A stretch of 64,000 nucleotides of DNA from an uncultured Clostridia bacterium (GCA_934233735.1 CAKQGQ010000005.1:24778-88777), one strand, 5' to 3'. Shown: positions 54,530 to 63,910, counted from the stretch's first letter. Translations and numbers: made by a program. The notes: generated from the letters alone by a model not told the origin.

Positions 54530-55730
54530 TTGCTTTGCATAGGTGTCTGCAAGTATAATAAAGAAAAAAAGGCGGGCTGGCTTATGAGAAAAAGAAAAGA
54601 CAAGTATAAACATTTATCACTCGAGAAGAGGTACACGATTGAACGTATGCTCAAAGGCGGTTTTCGCGCTGCAGAGATTGCAGTAGCGATTGGCTGCTGC
54701 GTCGCGACCGTTTATAACGAAAAGAAACGATTTACCTATAAGCATACAAAAGATTACCGAGATGTGACGATGTATGCTCCCGAAACGGCGTATAACAGAT
54801 ACCGTCAAAGCTTAAAGTTGAAAGGGAAAAAACCAGTTCTATTGGAAGATGTAAATCAAAGGAACGCAATCGAAAAGCTGATCCTGGAAAAGAACTATTC
54901 TCCGGCAGTAGCACTGAAATATCTCAAAAGGAAGAGGAAAGATAAAGAATACGACTTCAAATATCCGATTGTTTCGGTCAATACCGTATACAAAGGAATT
55001 GAGAAAGGGTATTTTGAAAATCTCATTTTGGAGAAATTGCCGGACGGTGGCAGGCATAAAAAGCAAGAAAAGCGGAAAGTTCAGCAAGCAAAGAAAGGAG
55101 CAAAAGGAACTTCGATTGAAATGCGCCCGGAAGAGATTGACAAAAGAGAAGAATTCGGTCACTGGGAAATGGATACGGTTCACGGAAAACAAACGAATCG
55201 AAAATGCCTTTTGGTGCTGACTGAGCGAGTAAGCAGAAACGAGATTATCGAGCCGCTGAAAGCAAATACTACGATAGAAGTTGTACGCGCACTCAATCGA
55301 CTTGAGAAAATCTATGGCAGCACATTCTATAAGCTGTTCAAATCAATAACCGTAGATAACGGCACCGAGTTTTCGAATTACGAAGGAATGGAGAAGGCCT
55401 TGTACCGTGTCGGAAAACGTACAAAGATCTACTATTGTCATGCGTACTGCTCATATGAACGCGGCAGCAATGAAGTGAATAACAAACTGATTCGACGACG
55501 ATTCCCGAAAGGAGCGGATTTTGATAAAATTGTAAATAAGAAGGATGTGAAAAGGACGCAAGCATGGATGAATGATATGCCCCGGAAACTCCTTGGATGG
55601 CAAACAGCCAGCGAGATTTTCCGGGAATGCATGGAAGCAAATGCGCTTCTCTGATAGAGAAAACTCTAAATTCTGTTAGAATATTTGTTATTATAAGATT
55701 GTCTTTTTTTAAAAATGGGTTATGCATATA
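54530..55730 (+). mobile_element. IS30-family insertion sequence (ends not resolved)
   Basis: It contains an intact IS30-type transposase gene. I could not identify convincing terminal inverted repeats by eye, so the boundaries are approximate. Confidence 0.5.
54584..55654 (+). CDS. IS30-family DDE transposase
   Basis: N-terminal HTH (LSLEKRYTIERMLKGGFRAAEIAVAIGCCVATVYNE). DDE region HWEMDTV ... ITVDNGTEF ... SYERGSNEVNNKLIRRRFPKG. Confidence 0.88.
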   Translation: MRKRKDKYKHLSLEKRYTIERMLKGGFRAAEIAVAIGCCVATVYNEKKRFTYKHTKDYRDVTMYAPETAYNRYRQSLKLKGKKPVLLEDVNQRNAIEKLILEKNYSPAVALKYLKRKRKDKEYDFKYPIVSVNTVYKGIEKGYFENLILEKLPDGGRHKKQEKRKVQQAKKGAKGTSIEMRPEEIDKREEFGHWEMDTVHGKQTNRKCLLVLTERVSRNEIIEPLKANTTIEVVRALNRLEKIYGSTFYKLFKSITVDNGTEFSNYEGMEKALYRVGKRTKIYYCHAYCSYERGSNEVNNKLIRRRFPKGADFDKIVNKKDVKRTQAWMNDMPRKLLGWQTASEIFRECMEANALL

Positions 55731-55951
55731 ACAAAGTTGTTTTGAAAAAAAGGCAGATTTTAGCGTGTTTCAAAACATGGTTTATTGCTAATTCGCATGT
55801 GGTTTGCACTTTACCAAGCTACAGTTTTGCGTAAAATAAACATTTGTTTTGGTACTACAAAACACAATCAAATGCACAAACAAAGAAAGTCAAACATTTT
55901 TTCTAACTTTCCCTTGACATTTATATTAGAAAAAAATTCGCAAATTTGCCC

Positions 55952-55980
55952 TTTACAAAAGGGAAAAAGTTTTGTATAAT
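55952..55980 (+). promoter_or_regulatory. Candidate promoter TTTACA-17-TATAAT upstream of the tRNA
   Basis: Hexamers at 55952-55957 and 55975-55980, 56 nt before the tRNA 5' end. Confidence 0.5.
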
Positions 55981-56036
55981 AACAAGGTACGAAATGCAAG
56001 GCATATGTACACAATACATTCCCTGCATTTCGATAT

Positions 56037-56113
56037 GCGCCATTAGCTCAATTGGATAGAGTCGCGCACTACGAATGCGAAGGTTAGGGGTTCGAGTCCC
56101 TTATGGCGCACCA
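56037..56113 (+). tRNA. tRNA-Arg (anticodon ACG), CCA encoded
   Basis: Cloverleaf folded by hand: acceptor GCGCCAT/ATGGCGC, D stem GCTC/GAGT, anticodon stem-loop GCGCA-CTACGAA-TGCGA, T arm AGGGG-TTCGAGT-CCCTT, then ACCA. Confidence 0.9.
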
Positions 56114-56117
56114 AATC

Positions 56118-56146
56118 AAAAAGACACCCGTGTGGGTGTTTTTTTG
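56118..56146 (+). terminator. Intrinsic terminator after the tRNA
   Basis: ACACCC-gtgt-GGGTGT followed by T7. Confidence 0.75.
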
Positions 56147-56595
56147 ATTTTATACGAAAATAGAAGGGACTCGAACCCGTGAGGGCATGAGCGTAATTCG
56201 AATGTCCTGCGAACATTCGACTAGCGAATGGTCCGAAGGCGACCGAAATGTATAAAAACATACCAAATGGAGATTTTGAAGCCGGTCGCGTGTAAAAAGT
56301 GTCAGATAATGGGAAAACGCAAAAAAGAGAAAGACAGGATAGAATGCAGGGGATTGAACATAGATTTGGAAATGTTAGAATTTCAACGCTTTAGTTCTGT
56401 GATAAAATACTAATCCGCAATACGCACACACGGAAAAGAAAGCGACTGGGTATATATGGGAAAAAATACACGCGAATAAGGTTCATTTTGCGATTTGGTA
56501 TGTAATTATACATTTGAGAACGCGACCGATTTGAATACGGGACCGAGCGGGGAGCCGAGGAGGCAGCCTGCAAGCAAAGCGCAGCAGGCGGTCAG

Positions 56596-56613
56596 GTCCC
56601 TCATGGTGCACCA
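56596..56613 (+). repeat. Decayed direct copy of the tRNA-Arg 3' end (16/18 match to 56096-56113)
   Basis: GTCCCTCATGGTGCACCA versus GTCCCTTATGGCGCACCA, exactly 500 nt apart. Confidence 0.6.
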
Positions 56614-56723
56614 CATCGCAGCAAACTGTACTGCTATCAAAAATTTTGCAACAAAATGAAACTTTTTGCTGGGCTGCGAGGTATAATAGATGAAATGCAT
56701 TTCAAAAGGGAGGCCGGCGAAGT

Positions 56724-57230
56724 TTGAAGGGCGCGGAATTCGAGGCAGCGGCGGAGCGATATGCAGACCGCATTTACGCAGTTGCTTTTAACTATTTTAA
56801 AAATCCATATGATGCGGACGACATCGTGCAGGATGTGCTGATGAAGCTGTATCGCAGGGAGATTGGCTTCGAGAGCGAAGCACATCTCAGGCACTGGCTG
56901 CTGCGGGTTGCTGTCAACCAATGCAAGAAGATTTCGCTCTCTGCCTGGCATCGGCGGAATGTTTCGCTGGAAGATTATCTTTTGAGCATTCAGGCTGTTG
57001 CCTGCGCTGAAGACGCAGAGAGCATGCCGGAAGAAGCTGCATGCCGAAGAGAGATTTTGCAGGAAATTTTGGGGCTGCCGAAGAAATATCGGCTGATTAT
57101 TCACCTCTACTATTATGAGGATTATGACACGAAGGAAATCGCGGGGATTTTAAAAATGAAGGAAGCGACGGTGCGGACCAGACTTGCGCGTGGTCGTAAA
57201 ATTTTGAAGGAGGTGCTTTCGGATGTATGA
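56724..57230 (+). CDS. ECF-type sigma-70 family factor
   Basis: Region 2 (DIVQDVLMKLY...HWLLRVAVNQC) and region 4 (YRLIIHLYYYEDYDTKEIAGILKMKEATVRTRLARGRKIL). TTG start. Confidence 0.8.
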   Translation: MKGAEFEAAAERYADRIYAVAFNYFKNPYDADDIVQDVLMKLYRREIGFESEAHLRHWLLRVAVNQCKKISLSAWHRRNVSLEDYLLSIQAVACAEDAESMPEEAACRREILQEILGLPKKYRLIIHLYYYEDYDTKEIAGILKMKEATVRTRLARGRKILKEVLSDV

Positions 57231-57678
57231 CGCAAATCGGAACGAAGAAACTAAGCGCGCGGAGCAAAACCTATATCGAGCAGCGTTTTCGGGGCTCCAT
57301 GCTTCTGCAAAGCTCAAAAGGGAGGCTTTTTATATGAAAAACAGCGGAACGAAACGAATTCGGGTTGGCCGCATGGCATTTACCTGTATGCTGCTTGCGG
57401 CGCTTTTGTGCATGATGTCGGCAATTTCCTATGCGGCAACCGACGGGGAAACGGCAAATCCCGTGACTGCAGTCAAAATTTATATTGACGGGAAGGATGT
57501 GTCCGGACAGATGCAGAAACAGGAGGATGGCAGCTATATCTTAAAGTACGGCTCGGAAGAGGAAGGCGAGCGGGCAGAAGTCTGGATTGCCGCAGGTGCA
57601 GAGGAGGCGCCGGGCGAAGACGCTGCAGGCGGCTTGGAATTTAATATCTATTCGGAGTACGAAGAGGACGACGAATAA
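57223..57678 (+). CDS. Putative membrane anti-sigma factor
   Basis: It overlaps the sigma gene stop, has a single TM helix (FTCMLLAALLCMMSAISYA) and an acidic tail. Confidence 0.5.
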   Translation: MYDANRNEETKRAEQNLYRAAFSGLHASAKLKREAFYMKNSGTKRIRVGRMAFTCMLLAALLCMMSAISYAATDGETANPVTAVKIYIDGKDVSGQMQKQEDGSYILKYGSEEEGERAEVWIAAGAEEAPGEDAAGGLEFNIYSEYEEDDE

Positions 57679-57689
57679 AAGTTGACAGA

Positions 57690-57726
57690 CCACACCTGCG
57701 GCAGGCGCCAAAGGTGTGGTTTTTTA
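57690..57726 (+). terminator. Intrinsic terminator
   Basis: CCACACCT / AGGTGTGG stem followed by T6. Confidence 0.7.
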
Positions 57727-58283
57727 TGCGCTTGGGGTGGTGGATGGCTCGGCGAGGATTGAGGGCTCGCTGGGTTTGGTGTGCATGTCTGACTTGGCGA
57801 ATACCCCTCGGGGGTATTTAAATGTATATTTACACGAAAAACTTGCTTTTTTTGAAGTAGTTTCGTGTACGAGAGGCGGCATTGTGCCAAAAAAGTGTGT
57901 GAAATACGGGGTAAAGGAGTAACAGAAAACCAAAAAGAAAACTCGGACTGAAAAGGCAATTTATAAAACTGTTGAAATTTCAACGGTTTAAGAGAATAGC
58001 TTAAAAATGTAAAAAACTTACGAAATGCCGCGGATAAAAATACCGCTCCGAAAAAGGTGGATTTACACGAAAATCTTGCTTTTTTTGCTGCTTTTTCGTG
58101 CATTTATACATTTTTGAGCCCGAAGCCGCCCACGTCACCCGAATCCGCCCGCGCCGCTCAGCAGCCCGGCCGCCGCCGACATTTTTCGACAAATTTCGCC
58201 ATGAAAGAATTGCCGAAAGGCCGCATTTGTTATAAACTGATAGCATAGGCTAAACTTTTGAGACAACCGGGAGGACAGAAGAA

Positions 58284-59396
58284 GTGAAGAAAAAGTTATG
58301 CAGGAAGTTAATTGCATTGATGGCGGCGTTTTGCGTTTTAGCGGCGGGCTGCGGTGCGAACGGAATCAGCGGTGTGGGAAGCGCCGGCAGTACAGGCAGC
58401 GCAATCGAAGCAGGCGGCGCAGGGGCCGGCAGTCAAACGGGTACAGCAGCCGCAGCCGGGGTGGCATATGCGGCGGAGCAGGGCGGCGCCAAAACATCGA
58501 CAAGCATTATCAGCGTGAAGCAGGTCAAGTATGAATCGCTGAATATAAAATGGAAGAAAGTCGAAAACATAAAGAAGTATCAGGTTTATCGAGCGGACAA
58601 AGCGTCGGGGACTTATAAGAAGATTGCGACCGTAAGCGGCGAAAGCTACAGCGACGCGAAGATAAAGCAAAATAAAACTTACTATTATAAAATAAAGCCA
58701 GCTGTGGACGGAGCAGCGCAGAGTGCGAAAAAATCCGGAAAGATTAAGACAACGGTTTCTCTTGCGAAAATTCCAAAGCAGAAAGAAGGCAGCGCCTACA
58801 CGGAAGTCAACGGCGGCAAGCCAACATTTTCGAGCTTTGAAAAGAAGAGAAGAGGTTTTGAGGAGTATGCGGCGCTGGATAAACTCGGAAGGTGTGGGAT
58901 TACCTATGCCTGCATCGACAAGAGCATGATGCCGACGGAAAAGCGCGGCAGTATCGGGATGATTAAACCGTCGGGCTGGCATACCGTGCGTTACGATGAT
59001 TTGATTTCCGACAAATATCTATATAACCGCTGCCATTTAATCGGCTATCAGCTCACAGGGCAAAACGCCAATAAGCAGAACCTGGTTACGGGAACGCGAT
59101 ATCTGAATGTTACGGGAATGCTGCCTTTTGAGGATGAGGTGGCGGAGTATGTGAAAAAGACCGGAAATCATGTGCTTTACAGGGTTACACCGATTTTCAA
59201 AGGAAATAATCTGGTTTGCAGCGGGGTGCAGATGGAAGCGCAGTCGCTGGAAGATGATGAGATTTCGTTCAACATTTTTGCGTATAATTCTCAGCCGGGA
59301 ATTGTAATCGACTACAAGACCGGAGACAGCCATGCGGCGGGCAGCACCGGTAGCGCAGGCAGTTCGAACACCTTAGGAAGCGCAGTCAGGTTGTGA
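58284..59396 (+). CDS. Secreted lipoprotein-like DNA/RNA non-specific endonuclease with Fn3-like domain
   Basis: Lipobox LAAGC; Fn3-like NIKWKKVENIKKYQVYRA...YYYKIKP; nuclease signature NRCHLIGYQLTGQNANKQNLVTGTRYLN. GTG start. Confidence 0.75.
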   Translation: MKKKLCRKLIALMAAFCVLAAGCGANGISGVGSAGSTGSAIEAGGAGAGSQTGTAAAAGVAYAAEQGGAKTSTSIISVKQVKYESLNIKWKKVENIKKYQVYRADKASGTYKKIATVSGESYSDAKIKQNKTYYYKIKPAVDGAAQSAKKSGKIKTTVSLAKIPKQKEGSAYTEVNGGKPTFSSFEKKRRGFEEYAALDKLGRCGITYACIDKSMMPTEKRGSIGMIKPSGWHTVRYDDLISDKYLYNRCHLIGYQLTGQNANKQNLVTGTRYLNVTGMLPFEDEVAEYVKKTGNHVLYRVTPIFKGNNLVCSGVQMEAQSLEDDEISFNIFAYNSQPGIVIDYKTGDSHAAGSTGSAGSSNTLGSAVRL

Positions 59397-59437
59397 AAGC
59401 GGGCTATGAGCCGTGCGGACAGTGCAAGCCGTGAGTT

Positions 59438-60103
59438 TCAGCTCCGGCTTCCGGGCTTCGGCAGGCTCCATCTGTAGTGAGAAGCGAGCAGGCGGATGAC
59501 AACGATGACAACCGCGCCGGAAAGCATGGCGATGTACTCCTTTGTGAACGGCAGGAGCGCACAAAAAAGCAGTGCGCCGATAATCGAGGCGGTCGCATAG
59601 ATATGCTTTACGAAGATATATGGCATATCGCCGGCCATCACATCGCGGAGAAGTCCCCCGCCCACGCCGGTAATCACGCCGACGAATACAGCAAGAAAGA
59701 CCGTTGGGTGGTCGGAAACCTCGAAGGCGCGCATTGCGCCGGAAACCGTAAAGATGCCAAGGCCAATGGAGTCGGCAAGCAGCATGATGCGGCTGCTGCG
59801 CTCCAAAAGGCCACGCACCTGCGGGATGAAGACGATGAGACAGGTGATAAATGCCGTCAGTGCGTAAATCGGATTTTGGAACATTGCAGGCGGAAATGCG
59901 CCGAGGATGATATCGCGGATGATTCCGCCGCCGACCGCGACGGTGAGGGCGAGCACAAAAGCCCCGAAAATATCCATATGCTTGCGTATCCCTGTCATCG
60001 CGCCCGAAACCGCAAATGCAGCGGCGCCGATCAGTTCCAAAACTAAAATAAAGATATCCATAAGAAGATTCCGTTTCCTTTTATATAAGAATAGCTTGTC
60101 CAT
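59438..60103 (-). CDS. TRIC/UPF0126-family membrane protein (YadS-like)
   Basis: Duplicated GGG(I/L)(I/L)RD(I/V) motifs (GGGIIRDIILG, GGGLLRDVMAG) and about 7 TM helices. Confidence 0.8.
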   Translation of the reverse strand: MDKLFLYKRKRNLLMDIFILVLELIGAAAFAVSGAMTGIRKHMDIFGAFVLALTVAVGGGIIRDIILGAFPPAMFQNPIYALTAFITCLIVFIPQVRGLLERSSRIMLLADSIGLGIFTVSGAMRAFEVSDHPTVFLAVFVGVITGVGGGLLRDVMAGDMPYIFVKHIYATASIIGALLFCALLPFTKEYIAMLSGAVVIVVIRLLASHYRWSLPKPGSRS

Positions 60104-60324
60104 CCGCAGCGTGAAGATGTGGATGTATGGAAATTCTAACCCGTAAAAGGAGGAAAGTCAACGACGGATTTTTTCCGAAGCAGGCTGTGGAGTTCCATGA
60201 AATGATAATTGTGGCAAAAAACAAATTTTTTTGAAAAAATATTCAAAAAAACACAAAAAACCTATTGACATCCTTTTCGAACTATGGTACACTTCGTATA
60301 TCACTTAAGGAAAGGAGAAAAACA

Positions 60325-60480
60325 ATGAACTTCATGGTACTCATTAACAGCATTATAGTCATTAGCATTATTTTACTGGTCCTCGTCATTAGCAGCCTAA
60401 TTATGAATAGTGCTTATTGCGTTGCGGGTAATGAAACGAGTTCGTGTGGTTTCTCCGAAAGATTTGCTTTTCATGCTTGA
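60325..60480 (+). CDS. 51-aa Ile/Leu/Val-rich hydrophobic peptide upstream of the liv-like operon
   Basis: ATG at 60325 after AAGGAAAGGAG. Translates as MNFMVLINSIIVISIILLVLVISSLIMNSAYCVAGNETSSCGFSERFAFHA. Confidence 0.35.
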   Translation: MNFMVLINSIIVISIILLVLVISSLIMNSAYCVAGNETSSCGFSERFAFHA

Positions 60481-60641
60481 TGAAGCAGATTGAAACCCTA
60501 AGAAAGAACTTTGCAGCCTGCAGGCAATGAGCCGGCGGGCTTTTTTGCTGCGACAGCAGGACAGAGGCCGAACGAAAAATCGGCTTTTGGAAAACATCAA
60601 AAATGAAAAATAATTAAAGATTAAAAACGGAGGAAAAGAAA

Positions 60642-61820
60642 ATGAACATGAAGAAATTTATGAAGAAATTTGCAGCTGTCTCTATGGCGGCAGTCATGAC
60701 GGTAGCATTCGCAGGATGCGGCGATTCCGGCACAGGCACAGAAGGCAGTGACTCTGCTGCAAAATTCGTAATCGGCGGTATCGGACCTACAACGGGCGGT
60801 GCGGCAGTTTACGGTCAGGCAGTTAAGAACGCAGCTGAAATGGCAGCAGAAGAAATCAACGCTGCAGGCGGCATCAACGGCTATCAGATCGAATTCAAGT
60901 GGCAGGATGATGAACACGACACAGAAAAGGCAGTAAACGCATACAACTCTTTGAAAGATGACGGCATGCAGATGTTAATGGGTACCGTTACTTCCGCACC
61001 ATGCACAGCAGTTGTTGCACTTACGGAAGAGGATAATATGTTCCAGCTTACACCGTCAGGATCGGCTGTTGAATCCATCAAAGGCGACAATGCGTTCAGA
61101 GTTTGCTTCTCCGACCCGAACCAGGGCGTAGGTTCTGCGGACTATTTCGCAGAAAACTTCCCGAACGCTAAGGTTGGCGTAGTATACAACTCATCCGATG
61201 TATATTCAAACGGCATCTTCAAGACATTCAAGAAAGAAGCCGCGGCTAAGGGCGTCAATGTTGTTGCAACAGAAGCTTTTACAAAGGATTCCGCACAGGA
61301 TTTCACAGTACAGATCCAGAAGATGAAAGAAGCAGGTGCTGACTTAGTATTCCTTCCATTCTATGCACAGGAAGCATCCTTGTTCCTGACTCAGGCAGAC
61401 AAAGCGGGACTTGATGTACAGTTCTTCGGATGTGATGGTCTTGACGGCGTAATCGACCAGCTCGGATCCAACGCACAATTAGCAGAAGGCGTAATGCTTT
61501 TGACACCTTATGCAGCTGACTCCGATAACCCGGAATCAAAGAAATTCACGGAAGCTTACAAAGCAAAATATAACGGAGAAGTTCCGAACCAGTTTGCAGC
61601 AGACGCTTACGATGCAATGTACATCATCAAGGCAGCAGCAGAAAAGGCAGGTGTAACCCCTGATATGAGCGTTTCCGACATCTGCGACGCTATGAAGACA
61701 GCTATGACAGAAATCGAATTCACAGGTGCAACCGGCACAATGACATGGTCTGCAGACGGTGAACCGACCAAGACACCGATGGCTATGGTAATCAAGGATG
61801 GCGCATACAAGGCTATGTAA
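60642..61820 (+). CDS. Branched-chain amino acid ABC transporter substrate-binding lipoprotein (LivJ/K family)
   Basis: Lipobox FAGC. Typical type I periplasmic-binding-protein pattern (IGGIGPTTGGAAVYG...). It is followed by the LivH/M/G genes. Confidence 0.85.
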   Translation: MNMKKFMKKFAAVSMAAVMTVAFAGCGDSGTGTEGSDSAAKFVIGGIGPTTGGAAVYGQAVKNAAEMAAEEINAAGGINGYQIEFKWQDDEHDTEKAVNAYNSLKDDGMQMLMGTVTSAPCTAVVALTEEDNMFQLTPSGSAVESIKGDNAFRVCFSDPNQGVGSADYFAENFPNAKVGVVYNSSDVYSNGIFKTFKKEAAAKGVNVVATEAFTKDSAQDFTVQIQKMKEAGADLVFLPFYAQEASLFLTQADKAGLDVQFFGCDGLDGVIDQLGSNAQLAEGVMLLTPYAADSDNPESKKFTEAYKAKYNGEVPNQFAADAYDAMYIIKAAAEKAGVTPDMSVSDICDAMKTAMTEIEFTGATGTMTWSADGEPTKTPMAMVIKDGAYKAM

Positions 61821-61912
61821 TTTTTTACAGATTTTGAAAATGTAAAATAGAAAGATAATTAAGGGGACGGCATTGCCGTCCCCGATTCCAAATTTTGAAC
61901 GAGGTAATTTTT

Positions 61913-62791
61913 ATGAACTTTTTATCGTATTTGATCAGCGGCATCAGCCTGGGAAGCGTATATGCGCTGATCGCACTTGGGTATACAATGGTATACGGAA
62001 TTGCAAAAATGTTAAACTTCGCTCATGGTGATGTAATCATGATCGGGGGTTTTGTAATTTTCACAGCGGTTTCCTCTGCGCATACTTCGCCTGCGGTTGC
62101 AATCATCGCAGCAATTATCGTATGTACGGTACTGGGCGTTTCGATTGAAAAAATCGCATACAAGCCTTTGAGAAATGCATCGCCTCTGGCTGTTTTAATC
62201 ACGGCAATCGGCGTCAGCTATTTCCTTCAGAATGTCGCACTGCTGATTTTCGGCTCAGCATCCAGAAACTTTCCGGATGTACTGAAACTTGATGACTGGC
62301 ATGTGGCAGACGGTCTCACGATTACCGGTGAGACAATTGTAACAATTTTAGCGACAATTATTATCATGGTCGCATTGACAACCTTCATCAACCATACGAG
62401 AATCGGTGCTGCCATGCAGGCGGTTTCCGAGGATCGCGGAGCGGCTCAGCTCATGGGCGTAAATGTGAACAGCACCATCAGTATTACCTTCGCCATCGGC
62501 TCTGCGCTTGCAGCCGTTGCAAGCCTTCTGCTCTGCTCTTCCTATCCGCTTATCGGTCCATATACCGGAGCAATGCCGGGAATCAAAGCTTTCGTAGCCG
62601 CGGTATTCGGCGGAATCGGCTCCATTCCGGGCGCTATGATCGGTGGAATCCTGCTCGGCGTTATCGAGAACCTGAGCAAAGCGTACATCTCCACGCAGCT
62701 TTCGGATGCAATCGTATTCGGCGTGCTGATTATCGTTCTGTTAGTAAAACCGACAGGCATTTTAGGCAAAGCAATGCGTGAGAAAGTGTAG
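61913..62791 (+). CDS. livH: Branched-chain amino acid ABC transporter permease (LivH family)
   Basis: ATG at 61913 after GAGGT. Typical LivH start and motif (SLGSVYALIALGYTMVYG; GGIGSIPGAMIGG). Confidence 0.88.
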   Translation: MNFLSYLISGISLGSVYALIALGYTMVYGIAKMLNFAHGDVIMIGGFVIFTAVSSAHTSPAVAIIAAIIVCTVLGVSIEKIAYKPLRNASPLAVLITAIGVSYFLQNVALLIFGSASRNFPDVLKLDDWHVADGLTITGETIVTILATIIIMVALTTFINHTRIGAAMQAVSEDRGAAQLMGVNVNSTISITFAIGSALAAVASLLLCSSYPLIGPYTGAMPGIKAFVAAVFGGIGSIPGAMIGGILLGVIENLSKAYISTQLSDAIVFGVLIIVLLVKPTGILGKAMREKV

Positions 62792-62800
62792 GTGGACGGG

Positions 62801-63910
62801 ATGAAGAAAATGACAACGACTTTAAACAAGACAACAAAGCAGAATGCAATCACCTATGCAATCGTTTTCGCGTGTTTCGTATTCTGCATCATATACAGCG
62901 GACTGCCTTCAGCTTCCAGCCTAATTAAAGGTTTGTTCGTTCCGATTTGTGCTTATGTAATTATGGCGATTTCCCTGAACCTTACCGTAGGAATCCTCGG
63001 TGAACTGAGCCTTGGACACGCGGGCTTCATGTGTCTGGGTGCTTTCGTGGGAAGCACTTTCAGTATGCTGACACAGGAAAGCCTGACCTCTGTATGGGTG
63101 CGCTTTCCACTGGCGATTTTGCTGGGCGGCGCGGTAGCTGCAGTCGCAGGCATTTTAATCGGCATTCCGGTTTTGAGACTGAAGGGCGACTATCTGGCAA
63201 TCGTTACATTGGCGTTCGGTGAAATCATTAAGAACATCGTAAACAATATTTACCTTGTAAAGGATATCAACGGCGTACATTTCGCGCTGGGTGTAGACGC
63301 TTACAACAATATGGAACTCGATGACATGACGGCTGAAAACATCATCAACGGCGCCATGGGCATCACAGGTGCGCCAAGAGACTCCAATTATATCGTCGGA
63401 TTCATACTGGTGCTGATTACATTAATCGTAATCTTGAATCTGGTGCAGTCCAGAACAGGAAGAGCTATCATGGCAATCAGAGACAACCGCATCGCAGCGG
63501 AATCCGTGGGAATAAATATTACGAAGTATAAATTAATCGCATTCTCGGTTTCCGCAATGTTTGCAGGCATGGCGGGCGTACTTTACGGACACAACCTTTC
63601 CAGCTTGGTTGCAGTAAAATTCGACTACAACCTGTCCATTTTGGTATTGGTATTCGTCGTACTGGGCGGTATCGGAAGCATGAGAGGCTCGATTATCGCT
63701 GCAATCATACTGACGGCGCTTCCGGAACTTCTCAGAGGCTCGTTCAGTGACTACAGAATGCTGATTTACGCAATCCTTTTGATTGTAATGATGCTGGTAA
63801 ACAACAACGAAAATATGAAAATGTATAAAGACAGATTCAAATCATATCTGCATATCGGTAAAGGCGGAAAGAAAGCCGATGCTGAGGAAAGTCAGGAGGT
63901 GAGCGCATGA
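62801..63910 (+). CDS. livM: Branched-chain amino acid ABC transporter permease (LivM family)
   Basis: LGELSLGHAGFMCLGAF and GGIGSMRGSII motifs. Alternative GTG start at 62792. Confidence 0.85.
   Translation: MKKMTTTLNKTTKQNAITYAIVFACFVFCIIYSGLPSASSLIKGLFVPICAYVIMAISLNLTVGILGELSLGHAGFMCLGAFVGSTFSMLTQESLTSVWVRFPLAILLGGAVAAVAGILIGIPVLRLKGDYLAIVTLAFGEIIKNIVNNIYLVKDINGVHFALGVDAYNNMELDDMTAENIINGAMGITGAPRDSNYIVGFILVLITLIVILNLVQSRTGRAIMAIRDNRIAAESVGINITKYKLIAFSVSAMFAGMAGVLYGHNLSSLVAVKFDYNLSILVLVFVVLGGIGSMRGSIIAAIILTALPELLRGSFSDYRMLIYAILLIVMMLVNNNENMKMYKDRFKSYLHIGKGGKKADAEESQEVSA

Noticed and set aside
54434-55761. AAAGGCAG(c/a)TTTT 13-nt direct repeats flanking the IS30 transposase gene, considered as a target-site duplication
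   Set aside because: The sequences just inside the repeats show no terminal inverted repeats, and IS30-family elements normally make 2-3 bp duplications. The match is probably coincidental or reflects a different event.
56164-56250. Possible minus-strand tRNA suggested by the inverted GGGTTCGAGTCCC T-arm
   Set aside because: No matching acceptor stem, D arm or canonical anticodon loop could be built, and the T stem has a C-T mismatch. I treat it as a tRNA fragment.
58338-58982. 214-aa minus-strand ORF antisense to the nuclease gene; also 59477..60046 (+) antisense to the TRIC gene and 56637..57104 (-) antisense to the ECF sigma gene
   Set aside because: These are GC-rich shadow frames (Arg/Ala/Cys-rich translations). 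The opposite strands carry clear family signatures.
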